From a bacterium (GTDB lineage: Bacteria; Patescibacteriota; Patescibacteriia; PEXW01), in assembly GCA_030689605.1 (NCBI GenBank), contig JAUYFT010000011.1:1-50006 (forward strand): a stretch of DNA of 50,006 bases, written 5' to 3'. Below the pieces are notes generated by a model, which worked only from the letters and a program-made list of their open reading frames with translations, ran no database searches and had not been told where the DNA came from. Of the stretch, positions 25,050 to 34,001 are shown one piece after another (the stretch's first letter is position 1; the number at the start of each line of letters is the position of its first letter). A program made the translations under genes and the position numbers.

Positions 25050-26339
25050 TTAAAGTTCGCGAATGGCATCCACGACATTCATGCGGGAGGCGCGGAGTGC
25101 CGGCAAGAGGCCAGCTATAATACCCAGGACGAAAGAGAACGCCACGACGCCAACCATGAAGACTGGGCTGAGCAAAAATATTTCTGCCCCGCTGGCTGCG
25201 GTTTTCGAATTGATGATGACAATAGTGAGCGTGCCAATGCCCAAGCCGATAATGCCACCGACAATGCCAATCACCCCAGCTTCCAGTGTGTAGTCAAAAG
25301 CAATAGAACGGTTGGAAGCACCCAACGCCTTCTTAATGCCAATCTCCCGCTTCCGCTCCGAGATGGACATGACCATAGTGTTAATTATGGAAAACCCGCC
25401 GACCACCAGGGCAATAACCGCGCTCCCAAGGATAATCGCGTTGAAGATTGCCGACGCTTTATCAATGGTCTCACCGAGCTTAGTTGGCGAGAGCACCAGG
25501 ACGTCATCTTTGAACTGCTCTTTAATGCGGTTAGACACCACATCAGGATCCTGCCCATCCTTCCAGGAGGCGGCAGCAAGTTGCGAAACATCGGAGAGCT
25601 TAAAGGCGCGGGCTTCCAGAAGTTGCTTACGGGTTTCCGCAGAGAGCTTCGCCAGGTCGGCATCAGTAATCTTTCCTGCCTCGTCGGCGCGGTCCTTGAG
25701 CGACTTCAGAAACGGATTGGACGCAATCAGCAGCTCCCGTGCCGCAGTGATGGGCATGAACACGTACTGATCTGGTCCGGTGAGCGTCTGATCCACAATT
25801 CCGACGACTTTGAAATCACGCTTGCGGATGGTGAACGTATCACCGACGTTGAGCTTGTTGTCGGCCGCGATGGTGTAACCAACAGCGACAGTGTTATCCG
25901 AATCACCTTTCTCAATCATTCGTCCGGCTTTCATGTTTAGGGTTTGCCAGTTCCGGTTCTTGTAACTGGACTGTAAATCCATGCCTTCAATGGTTGGGGG
26001 TGGACCAAAGGATGCACCACCAAATGGATTATCTGGGTCTGGTTCTTCTAACGCCAGTTCAACCCCGCCGGCGACTGCGGCCACGCCCTCAACTTTTTCA
26101 ATGCGCTGAAGCACATCCAGCGGCAACAGTGCGCCACCCGAACCCGTCGTGAAACTCGTCCCCTTGGGCATGAGGGTAATCTGCCCGGTCACGTAAAGTT
26201 TCCCGCCGCTAATCATCTTGTTGAAGCGCAAGGCCATGGAGCCCATAACCGTAAACGCGAAAATACCAACGGTGATACCGGTGACCGTGAGAATGGTTCG
26301 CCCCTTGCGGCGGAGCATGTTACGTAGGATTTCCATCAT
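25050..26339 (-). CDS. ABC transporter permease, FtsX/MacB-type with large periplasmic domain
   Basis: N-terminal RRKGRTILTVTGITVGIFA, a long extracytoplasmic segment, and a C-terminal FtsX domain (ERKREIGIKKALGAS...). Start trimmed to ATG 26339. Confidence 0.8.
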   Translation of the reverse strand: MMEILRNMLRRKGRTILTVTGITVGIFAFTVMGSMALRFNKMISGGKLYVTGQITLMPKGTSFTTGSGGALLPLDVLQRIEKVEGVAAVAGGVELALEEPDPDNPFGGASFGPPPTIEGMDLQSSYKNRNWQTLNMKAGRMIEKGDSDNTVAVGYTIAADNKLNVGDTFTIRKRDFKVVGIVDQTLTGPDQYVFMPITAARELLIASNPFLKSLKDRADEAGKITDADLAKLSAETRKQLLEARAFKLSDVSQLAAASWKDGQDPDVVSNRIKEQFKDDVLVLSPTKLGETIDKASAIFNAIILGSAVIALVVGGFSIINTMVMSISERKREIGIKKALGASNRSIAFDYTLEAGVIGIVGGIIGLGIGTLTIVIINSKTAASGAEIFLLSPVFMVGVVAFSFVLGIIAGLLPALRASRMNVVDAIREL

Positions 26340-26347
26340 ATTTGGAA

Positions 26348-26375
26348 AGTGTAAGTAATTACTACAAACAGTCAA
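26348..26375 (-). promoter_or_regulatory. Promoter TTGACT-16-TACACT, with the -10 box 8 nt upstream of the permease ATG
   Basis: Minus-strand TTGACT at 26375-26370 and TACACT at 26353-26348. Confidence 0.4.
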
Positions 26376-26417
26376 CCCCTCACCACTTTTTACCTCCAAA
26401 AAGTGGTGAGGGGTCAA
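26373..26417 (-). terminator. Long near-perfect hairpin (19-nt arms, about 17-18 bp) directly after the stop of the Ig/C39-like gene
   Basis: CAACCCCTCACCACTTTTT-ACCTCC-AAAAAGTGGTGAGGGGTC. There is only a weak U-tract on the minus strand, so terminator function is tentative. Confidence 0.4.
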
Positions 26418-26419
26418 GA

Positions 26420-28327
26420 CTACTCCACCACCACCGCCATATTCCCGAGGAGCGCCCAGTCAGCCAGAAACGCTGCACGAGTGAAACGCTTCTCACCGTA
26501 GAGCGGGTCTAAGGTGACGATTGTGGACGGATTGCTCACGCTCCCAACAAAGCCAATGACGACGCGCGTGTGCTCGCCAGCAATTGCCCGGACGGTCTTC
26601 CCCGTTGGGGTCTTCCAGTCTACCCGCTGACCGGTCGAGGCATTACCCCACACAATCACCGGATTTCCAGCTTGCACTTGGGTGAGCACGTCCTGCAGCG
26701 TCGCCCCATCGAGGACCCGGGTCGGTCGGTATGCGCTTCCGGCTTTGGCAATGGGCACCGCGTACACACCATAGCCCGTGCCGGGTTGCTGGCCATCAAT
26801 ATCGCCGACAAAGGCGATGTCCGGATCACCCCACACCCCGTTCTTCTTTGGCGTCGGGTCAAAGCCTATAGCGTCAATAATTGGCTGCTCACCAATGTCG
26901 ATACCGCGGTACCGTAAGGCCATGACGAGCGTGGCAGCTTCGCAGCTCAGCTTGTAATCCTGCCGGTGAAACGGAACAGCCAAGCGCGTCACGGCCTGCT
27001 CGGTGGTAAAGCGAAGTGTCAGGTTGTTCAGCGCCGGCAAACCTTGGAGGGGTTTAAGTGCCTTGGCAACCGTCAGTGTGTAAGGCGTCCCGAAGGCGAG
27101 CGCGAGCACAGGGGTGAAAACGAGTTCATCCCCCACCCACTTCCACACCCCTTTTACGGGGGGAGAAAATTTCAACTGAGCCGAAACGCCTTCATGCTGC
27201 ACGGGCTGGTTGAAGGTCAGGCGGACGGTTTGGTTTACGCGCACCCCCTTCGCCTCCGCGGCCGGCGACGTCGTCGCGAGTGCAATCGGCTCCACGGTTC
27301 GGAACTGCGCCCGGACGTCCGTTTCGAGCACGCCGCCGCTTTTGGTCCGTAAACCACTTGGGATAGTGAGCGTATACGTCGTCGCCGTATGTAAATCGCT
27401 GGGTTGCATGGTGAAAATTTTGTTATCAACGCTCGTCCACGCCCCAACCAAAGGTGGCGCCAGTTTCACCTGGGCAGAAAATGCTACAGCGTCCACGGGT
27501 TCTGCAAAGCTAACAGTCAATGAAGTATCGAGCGCCACCCCTGTCCCGCCGGGCGTGATGGTGGTAATCCCGGGTGGCTCGCGCACGCTCCAGCTGCCCT
27601 GAAATATTTCTTGCGGCTCACCCAAGACGGCAACTTCGTTGGTACCGAACGTCAACTGCTGCGGTGCCCGGGTAATATGAAGGACGTACTGCTTACCTTG
27701 AGCCAAGAACTGATTCGGTCGCAACGTGAGGACAGTATTGTCTGCGCTCCAGGTTTGTGTGAACTCCACGTACGGTTCCAACCGCGCCGCAACTGCAGCC
27801 GATGGACTCCGCGGTGCATCGAACCCAACAACCCACGCAGCGTCAGCGACAATCGTGCTCTCGGCTTTCGGCAGTACGCTCGTGAGCGCCGGCAACGACT
27901 CGGTGGTGAAAGAAAGGCTCACGTCAGACGCGCGGGAGGTGATGTGCGTCGCGCTCTCCACGTCTGTGAGAGTAAGGATGTACGTCGTACTCGGCTGCCA
28001 GGTTCGGTCGGGTACGAAGACCAACGTACGGACGAGCCGGTTCTGAACCAACGCATCCTCGAATACAACTTGCCCTTCAACGTGCGGCGTCACCTGCACG
28101 TCCAGCGCTCGGGAAACTGGCCAGGAAAACCCAACCTTCAGCGCTGTGGCGAGCGGCTGTTGACCCTCGGCATTCAACGAACGCAGATGGGCTGTTGGCC
28201 TGATAAGCCCAACCCCAAGGACGCCGATGAGTACAATTGGCAAAGCTAAAAGTAATCGAAGTGCCGCGTGGTGACGGCGGACGTGGGCGTGCGCAGGTAA
28301 CTGGAGCGGCAGGGCAACGCCATCCAT
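26420..28327 (-). CDS. Membrane-anchored surface protein: Ig-like (SbsA/Big-type) repeats plus a C-terminal C39-like (YvpB-type) cysteine peptidase domain
   Basis: N-terminal anchor LRLLLALPIVLIGVLGVGLI. Repeated ~90-aa beta-rich segments. C-terminus VPFHRQDYKLSCEAATLVMAL...AGEHTRVVIGF fits the Cys/His pattern of Peptidase_C39_2. Confidence 0.6.
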   Translation of the reverse strand: MDGVALPLQLPAHAHVRRHHAALRLLLALPIVLIGVLGVGLIRPTAHLRSLNAEGQQPLATALKVGFSWPVSRALDVQVTPHVEGQVVFEDALVQNRLVRTLVFVPDRTWQPSTTYILTLTDVESATHITSRASDVSLSFTTESLPALTSVLPKAESTIVADAAWVVGFDAPRSPSAAVAARLEPYVEFTQTWSADNTVLTLRPNQFLAQGKQYVLHITRAPQQLTFGTNEVAVLGEPQEIFQGSWSVREPPGITTITPGGTGVALDTSLTVSFAEPVDAVAFSAQVKLAPPLVGAWTSVDNKIFTMQPSDLHTATTYTLTIPSGLRTKSGGVLETDVRAQFRTVEPIALATTSPAAEAKGVRVNQTVRLTFNQPVQHEGVSAQLKFSPPVKGVWKWVGDELVFTPVLALAFGTPYTLTVAKALKPLQGLPALNNLTLRFTTEQAVTRLAVPFHRQDYKLSCEAATLVMALRYRGIDIGEQPIIDAIGFDPTPKKNGVWGDPDIAFVGDIDGQQPGTGYGVYAVPIAKAGSAYRPTRVLDGATLQDVLTQVQAGNPVIVWGNASTGQRVDWKTPTGKTVRAIAGEHTRVVIGFVGSVSNPSTIVTLDPLYGEKRFTRAAFLADWALLGNMAVVVE

Positions 28328-28330
28328 AGC

Positions 28331-29935
28331 CTAGCTTAGTAAGTTCCGACCGGTCATCTCCTCGGGTACGGGCAGGCCGAGCGTCTCGAGCACTGTCACC
28401 GCCACGTCAGCGAGGATGCCGACGGGCTGAACGGTATTGAGGGCTTCCACCCCGCCGGGCAGCTGGTACGGTGACGTATCTTTCCAGCCATTCGCTACCG
28501 CCAGAAAAGGCACCGGGCTGGTGGAATGCTCTTTATCGATAGTGCCGTTTTGAAGGTTGAGAAGCTCTTCGGCGTTGCCGTGGTCAGCGGTAATGTACAG
28601 CACGCCATTCACACTGATAATCGCCTCAACAACTTGCTTCAAACAGTCGTCCACAATCTCCAGCGCCTCAATTGTTGCTTGAAAGTTCCCGGTGTGCGCC
28701 ACCATGTCTGGCCCGGCGTAGTTCACCACGTAGAAGTCGTACGTGCCCTTGGCCAGCTCCTTCACCAACCGGTCGGTAATTTCCCGCGCGGCCATGGCCG
28801 GTTTCTGGTCGTAGCTGGAAACGTGAGGGCTGGGGATGAGCACGTGGTCTTCACCCGCGTAGAGTTGCTCGTGTCCACCGTTGAAAAAATACGTCACGTG
28901 GGCGTACTTCTCGGTCTCCGCCATGTGCAGTTGCTTGAGGCCAGCGTCGGCCAGCACCTTTCCCACGGGATTGGTTATGGCTTCGGGTGGGTAGGCGACG
29001 GTCACGGGCAGGTCGCGGTCGTACTCGGTCATGGTCACAAAGCAGAGATCTTTCAGGTACGTACCGCGATTGAACTTCTCAAAGCCGGGCAATACAAAGG
29101 CCTTAGTAATCTGCCGCATGCGGTCGGGCCGGAAGTTGAAGGTAATTACCGCGTCCTTGTCCTGGATAGTAGCGACGGGTTTGCCGTCAGCCCCGGTGAT
29201 AATTGTGGGTACGAACTCTTCGTCATACACACCCTTGGCATAGCTAGCTCGAATGAGCGCCAGCGGGTCTGGACCGGTGACGTCAGCTTTGCCGAGCACT
29301 AGTGCCGCGTAGGCTTTCTCCTCGCGTTCCCAGCGGTTATCGCGATCCATGCCCCAGAACCGCCCGCCGAGACTCGCAATCTTCCCCACCCCAACTTCGG
29401 CCATGTGACTCTGTAGTTTCGAGATGAAGTTCTCGGCACTCTTCGGGGGCGTGTCGCGGCCGTCGAGGAAGGCGTGGACATACACCTCGGTCAGCCCCTC
29501 TTGCTTCGCCAGTTCCAGCAAGGCGTACAGGTGCTCGTTGAAGCTGTGTACCCCACCCGAGCTCACCAAACCCATGAGGTGGAGTCGGGTGCCATGCTTC
29601 TTCACGTGCTCAATCGCCGTTTTGAACGCCGGATTCGTGAAGAAGCTCCCATCGGCAATAGCGCGATTAATACGCGGCAAACTCTGGTACACAATTTTCC
29701 CAGAGCCGAGGTTGATATGGCCAACTTCGGAGTTACCCATCTCGCCCCACGGCAAGCCAACAGATTCGCCAGAAGCCTGCAGGGTCATAGCCGGGTAATG
29801 CGCCACGAGGTCATCGTAGGTCGGGAGTTTGGCAATGCCAAAGGGGTTGCTGCGCGATGGCGGTGCCACGCCCCATCCGTCCAGAATTAGCAGGACGACC
29901 GGCCGAACGCGGGCGGCAAAGGGTTGGTCAGGCAT
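28331..29935 (-). CDS. gpmI: 2,3-bisphosphoglycerate-independent phosphoglycerate mutase (canonical copy)
   Basis: VLLILDGWGV, MGNSEVGHINLGSG (catalytic Ser), SSGGVHS, DGRDTPP, ITADHGN. Confidence 0.9.
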   Translation of the reverse strand: MPDQPFAARVRPVVLLILDGWGVAPPSRSNPFGIAKLPTYDDLVAHYPAMTLQASGESVGLPWGEMGNSEVGHINLGSGKIVYQSLPRINRAIADGSFFTNPAFKTAIEHVKKHGTRLHLMGLVSSGGVHSFNEHLYALLELAKQEGLTEVYVHAFLDGRDTPPKSAENFISKLQSHMAEVGVGKIASLGGRFWGMDRDNRWEREEKAYAALVLGKADVTGPDPLALIRASYAKGVYDEEFVPTIITGADGKPVATIQDKDAVITFNFRPDRMRQITKAFVLPGFEKFNRGTYLKDLCFVTMTEYDRDLPVTVAYPPEAITNPVGKVLADAGLKQLHMAETEKYAHVTYFFNGGHEQLYAGEDHVLIPSPHVSSYDQKPAMAAREITDRLVKELAKGTYDFYVVNYAGPDMVAHTGNFQATIEALEIVDDCLKQVVEAIISVNGVLYITADHGNAEELLNLQNGTIDKEHSTSPVPFLAVANGWKDTSPYQLPGGVEALNTVQPVGILADVAVTVLETLGLPVPEEMTGRNLLS

Positions 29936-31493
29936 AGGGACTGCACAGCAAGCTATGCCCGGTCATTTCTTTGGGCTTGGGAATATTCATAATGTTTAGC
30001 ACGGTCGGGGCAATGTCCGCGAGCTTGCCCGTCTTGCGGAGGCACAACTTGCGGTAAAGGTCATTCACGAAAATAAAAGGTACAGGGTTTGCCGAATGTT
30101 CGGTATCTACTTCGCCCGTTCGAACGTTCTTCAGCTCCTCGATATTTCCGTGGTCGGCGGTGATGAGGAGCGTACCATGAACCTGGCGGACGGCTGCCGT
30201 CAGCAGACCGAGCGCCCTATCCACTGCCTCCACGGCTTTAACCGCCGCGTGCATGTGGCCGGTATGCGCCACCATATCCGGCGCCGCGTAGTTCAGCGCG
30301 ATAAAATCGTGTGCCCCTTTTCGAATGTCCCGGCTGACATACTGCGTAACCTTAGCCGTAGACATAGCCGGTCGGCGATCGTACGTCGATACCATGGGTG
30401 AGGGAATGGAGACGCGATCTTCACCAGCCACAGGGTGGTCGTATCCGCCGTTGAAAAAGTAGGTCAGGTGGGCGTACTTCTCGCTCTCCGACACGTAGAG
30501 TTGCCGAAAAGCCTTAAGCGCCATGGGAAGAGTCTGGTTTATGTCCGGGCTCGGGTAGGCGGTAAGCACGCCCGGCAAGTCGGGACCAAAGTCCGTCATG
30601 GCCACGAACACTAGATTTTTTAAAACTTTATTCCGACGGAAGCCAGAGAATTTCGGCTGCACGAAAGCCTTTGTGAGTTGTCGCGCCCGGTCGCTGCGGA
30701 GGTTGAAGAAGATTATGGAATCATTGTCGCTTATCACGCTCGGCCGTTGCCCGTCGGGCACCACCACCGTTGGCTGGATGAATTCGTCGCTCTCGTTCCG
30801 GTTGTACGCTTCCATAATTGCCGCATCGGGATTCCTTGCACGCAAACCTTTCCCCAAGGTGAGAAGGTCATAGGTCTGCTGGATACGGTCCCAATGGAGT
30901 GCGCGATCCATGGCGTAGTACCGCCCGGTCACGGACGCGATGCGAGTGTTCGCCAGCTCTTTCTCCAGCTTCTTCAACATTTTGATTGCTGCGTACCGCG
31001 GGCTATCTCGACCATCGGTAAAAATATGCAAGGTTACGTGTGGCAGCTTCATGAGCCGGACGAACGTCAGCAGAGCTAGGAGGTGGTCAGGGCTGGAGTG
31101 AGCACTCTGGCTGTTACCGAGCATGCCAATGAGGTGGAGCGTGGAGTTGTGCTTCTGCACATGCCGCTGCGCCCGGATGAACGCCGGGTTACGGAAAAAT
31201 GCACCCGTAGTAATGGCGCGGGAAATTTGCACTTCGTCCTGCAGCACCACGCGGCCAGCGCCGATGTTCATGTGGCCGGCTTCGCTGTTCCCGTCCTGGC
31301 CACGGGAAAGGCCAACGGCTTTACCGCCAGCTTCCACGGACGTGTTTGGGTAGCGTTTTAGGAGCGCCTGGTAGTTCGGTGTCTTAGCCTGGGTGATGGC
31401 GTTCCACGGTCCAGGTTTGCCAATTCCCCAGCCATCCATAACCACCAGGACGACCGGTAGCTGTGGCTTCAGGATGGGGCAGCGCTCACGCAT
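29928..31493 (-). CDS. Divergent iPGM paralogue (alkaline-phosphatase superfamily)
   Basis: VVLVVMDGWGIG, DGNSEAGHMNIGAGR, TDGRDSP and ITADHGN are retained, but the SDGGVHSH box reads MLGNSQSAHSS. The start was trimmed to ATG 31493. There are 8-nt overlaps with eno (ATGCGTGA) and with gpmI (ATGCCTGA). Confidence 0.8.
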   Translation of the reverse strand: MRERCPILKPQLPVVLVVMDGWGIGKPGPWNAITQAKTPNYQALLKRYPNTSVEAGGKAVGLSRGQDGNSEAGHMNIGAGRVVLQDEVQISRAITTGAFFRNPAFIRAQRHVQKHNSTLHLIGMLGNSQSAHSSPDHLLALLTFVRLMKLPHVTLHIFTDGRDSPRYAAIKMLKKLEKELANTRIASVTGRYYAMDRALHWDRIQQTYDLLTLGKGLRARNPDAAIMEAYNRNESDEFIQPTVVVPDGQRPSVISDNDSIIFFNLRSDRARQLTKAFVQPKFSGFRRNKVLKNLVFVAMTDFGPDLPGVLTAYPSPDINQTLPMALKAFRQLYVSESEKYAHLTYFFNGGYDHPVAGEDRVSIPSPMVSTYDRRPAMSTAKVTQYVSRDIRKGAHDFIALNYAAPDMVAHTGHMHAAVKAVEAVDRALGLLTAAVRQVHGTLLITADHGNIEELKNVRTGEVDTEHSANPVPFIFVNDLYRKLCLRKTGKLADIAPTVLNIMNIPKPKEMTGHSLLCSPYA

Positions 31494-32745
31494 GGGTTGG
31501 GCGCCAAATAGCGAGGAGGCGGTTGTACTTGGCAAGCCGTTCACTTCGGGAGAGTGACCCTGTCTTGATGGCGTCGGCACCTACAGCAATGGCTAAGTCT
31601 GCAATGGTCGTATCGCACGTCTCCCCCGAGCGGTGCGAGACGATCACCTTGTACCCGTGCGCCTGCGCGAGCTTGATTGCCTCGACGGTCTCGGTGAGCG
31701 TCCCAATTTGGTTTAACTTGATGAGGATGGCATTACCGACCTGCGCGTCAATCCCGCGCTGCAGCCGTTGGACATTTGTCACGAACAGGTCATCGCCAAC
31801 GACCCACATATTTTTCGCAGCGAGCGCTTTAGTATGCGCTGGCCAGTGATCCCAGTCATCTTCTGCTAACCCATCTTCCACCGAAACGAGGTGGTACTTC
31901 TCGTGCCACTCCAAATACAGCGCCGTCAGCTGGTCTGCCGACAAGCCTTTACCCTCGAGTGCGAGTGGGTACGTTCCATCAGCTTTCGCAAACTCGCTCG
32001 CGGCGGCGTCCATGCCCAGCAGTACCTCCTGCCCAAGGGTGTAACCAGCGTTTGCCACAGCTTCGCTAATGAGCTGAAGCGGCTCTTCATTAGAGCGCAA
32101 CCGCGGCGCGTAGCCACCCTCATCGCCGACGAGCGTAGAGAATGCCCGGCCTTTGATTACGGCACCGAGCGCATGAAAAACTTCTGCCCCGCACCGAATC
32201 TGCTCCGGCAAATCTTTCTGCTGTGGCAGAATCATAAACTCCTGAAAACTCAAACCTGAATCAGCGTGCACCCCACCGTTTATGACGTTACACATGGGCG
32301 TGGGAAACCGTTCCCCAGCGTTGGCAAACCCAAACTGACTGGCAATGGATTGCCACAGCTCTTGCTTCGACGCTTTGGCGTTGGCATGGGCAATGGCAAG
32401 CGACGCACCGAGGATCGCGTTCGCCCCGAGCTTCGACTTGTTCGCTGTTCCGTCGAGCTTGATGAGTATTTTGTCTACCAACTGCTGCTCGCTAACGTCT
32501 TTTCCTTTGAGCGACTGGGCAATAACATCTTCAACATTCTGCAGTGCTCGCAGTACGCCTTTACCGCCGTAGCGTTCCGCATCGTTGTCACGGAGCTCTA
32601 AAGCTTCGTGGGTTCCGGTTGACGCACCAGAGGGTACGCTCGCTGTGCCGACGCTGCCGTCATCGAGTATCGCCGTGACCTGCAATGTAGGGTTACCGCG
32701 GGAGTCGAGTATTTCGAGCGCGTGGAGTTTCGTGAGGATTGCCAT
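31486..32745 (-). CDS. eno: Enolase
   Basis: ILDSRGNPTLQV...SVPSGASTGTHEALELRD...SHRSGETCDTTIADLA. Confidence 0.95.
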   Translation of the reverse strand: MAILTKLHALEILDSRGNPTLQVTAILDDGSVGTASVPSGASTGTHEALELRDNDAERYGGKGVLRALQNVEDVIAQSLKGKDVSEQQLVDKILIKLDGTANKSKLGANAILGASLAIAHANAKASKQELWQSIASQFGFANAGERFPTPMCNVINGGVHADSGLSFQEFMILPQQKDLPEQIRCGAEVFHALGAVIKGRAFSTLVGDEGGYAPRLRSNEEPLQLISEAVANAGYTLGQEVLLGMDAAASEFAKADGTYPLALEGKGLSADQLTALYLEWHEKYHLVSVEDGLAEDDWDHWPAHTKALAAKNMWVVGDDLFVTNVQRLQRGIDAQVGNAILIKLNQIGTLTETVEAIKLAQAHGYKVIVSHRSGETCDTTIADLAIAVGADAIKTGSLSRSERLAKYNRLLAIWRPTHA

Positions 32746-32749
32746 AGTG

Positions 32750-33922
32750 TTACGAGGTCTTGAGAAGTGGAGTAATGCCGGGCATGGGCTTGCCTTCCAA
32801 AAACTTCAGCATGGCGCCGCCGCCCGTGGAGAGGAAAGTGAATTTACTCCCGAGTTGCAAGGCGTTAATGGCGTCCAAGGTCTCGCCACCACCAGCAATG
32901 GTAACCGCGTGGGTCTCGCTCACCAGCTTCGCCAGGTTATCTGTCCCTTTCGCAAATTCCGGCAGCTCAAAGTAGCCCATGGGCCCGTTCCACACAATCG
33001 TCCCCGCAGTCTTGACGATCATGGCATACAAATCCAACGTCTCCGGACCAATATCCAAGATAAGCTGGTCATCAGGAACATTCGCCACCGCGGTTGTGGT
33101 CACGGGCACGCCGGCTTCGGGCCGCACAGCCATCACCACGTCAATAGGCACGCGCAATTTGTTCGTCGTCAGCGATAGATCTTTCACGTCAGCAACCATA
33201 CTCTCCTCAATGAGTGACTTACCCACCGCAATGCCCTGCGCCTTCAGCATGGTGTTTGCTAGGGCGCCGCCCAGAAGCACGTAGTCGCAGTGCTGCAGCA
33301 AGGCGCGTATGACGGGAAGCTTGGTAGAAATTTTTGCCCCACCGATGATGGCGACGAGTGGCCGCTTCGGCTTGGCAATCGCGCTGCCGAGGAAGGTAAC
33401 TTCCTTCTCGAGTTGAAAACCAGCGGCAGATGGGAGTAATGTGAGGAGTGTTGAGACCGAAGCAGCCTTGCGATGGGAAACCGAGAACGCATCATTCACC
33501 ACCACGTCACCTATAGCCGCCAAGCTGGCAGCGAAAGCTGGATCATCCTTGGCCTCACCAGGATTGAAGCGGAGATTCTCGAAGAGCACCACGTCACCTT
33601 CGCGTATGGCTTTGCTGCGGGTTATGGCCTCGGCAGTTCCAGGGATCTGCGGGGCGAACTGTACACTCGGCAGGCGCTCGGCTAGGTAGTCGAAAACTTG
33701 GCGGAGACTCAAGTGCACGTCGTGCGCGTTGTTTGGCTTGCCCAGGTGCGTGAGGAGGACGATGCGGCAGCGCTGGGACTTCAGGTACTCAATCGTCGGC
33801 AGTGCGGCCTTGATACGTGTCGCATCGCAAACCTTTCCGTCGCGGCACGGCACGTTGAAATCCACGCGAACAATAACCTGCTTCCCAGCAACGTCAAGAT
33901 CCTTCAGCGTGCGCAGTTCCAT
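32750..33922 (-). CDS. pgk: Phosphoglycerate kinase
   Basis: VIVRVDFNVP, ..LTHLGKP.., ..GGAKISTK.., ..GGGA... ATG 33922 (MELRTL) is preferred because a TGGTATAAT box sits 6 nt upstream. An alternative ATG is at 33940. Confidence 0.9.
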   Translation of the reverse strand: MELRTLKDLDVAGKQVIVRVDFNVPCRDGKVCDATRIKAALPTIEYLKSQRCRIVLLTHLGKPNNAHDVHLSLRQVFDYLAERLPSVQFAPQIPGTAEAITRSKAIREGDVVLFENLRFNPGEAKDDPAFAASLAAIGDVVVNDAFSVSHRKAASVSTLLTLLPSAAGFQLEKEVTFLGSAIAKPKRPLVAIIGGAKISTKLPVIRALLQHCDYVLLGGALANTMLKAQGIAVGKSLIEESMVADVKDLSLTTNKLRVPIDVVMAVRPEAGVPVTTTAVANVPDDQLILDIGPETLDLYAMIVKTAGTIVWNGPMGYFELPEFAKGTDNLAKLVSETHAVTIAGGGETLDAINALQLGSKFTFLSTGGGAMLKFLEGKPMPGITPLLKTS

Positions 33923-33928
33923 ACTGTT

Positions 33929-33937
33929 ATTATACCA
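33929..33937 (-). promoter_or_regulatory. Extended -10 element TGGTATAAT, 6 nt upstream of the pgk ATG (leaderless configuration)
   Basis: The minus strand reads TGGTATAAT-aacagt-ATG. Confidence 0.5.
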
Positions 33938-33961
33938 CAAAAATCACACTTTGGTGGCTAA

Positions 33962-34001
33962 TACGAATTACGAAAAAAGATACGAATATACGAAATACGA
34001 A
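33962..34001. repeat. Five copies of TACGAA within 40 nt (spacing 7, 12, 8, 7 nt) just upstream of the pgk promoter
   Basis: TACGAA at 33962, 33969, 33981, 33989 and 33996. It reads TTCGTA on the pgk strand. Confidence 0.6.
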
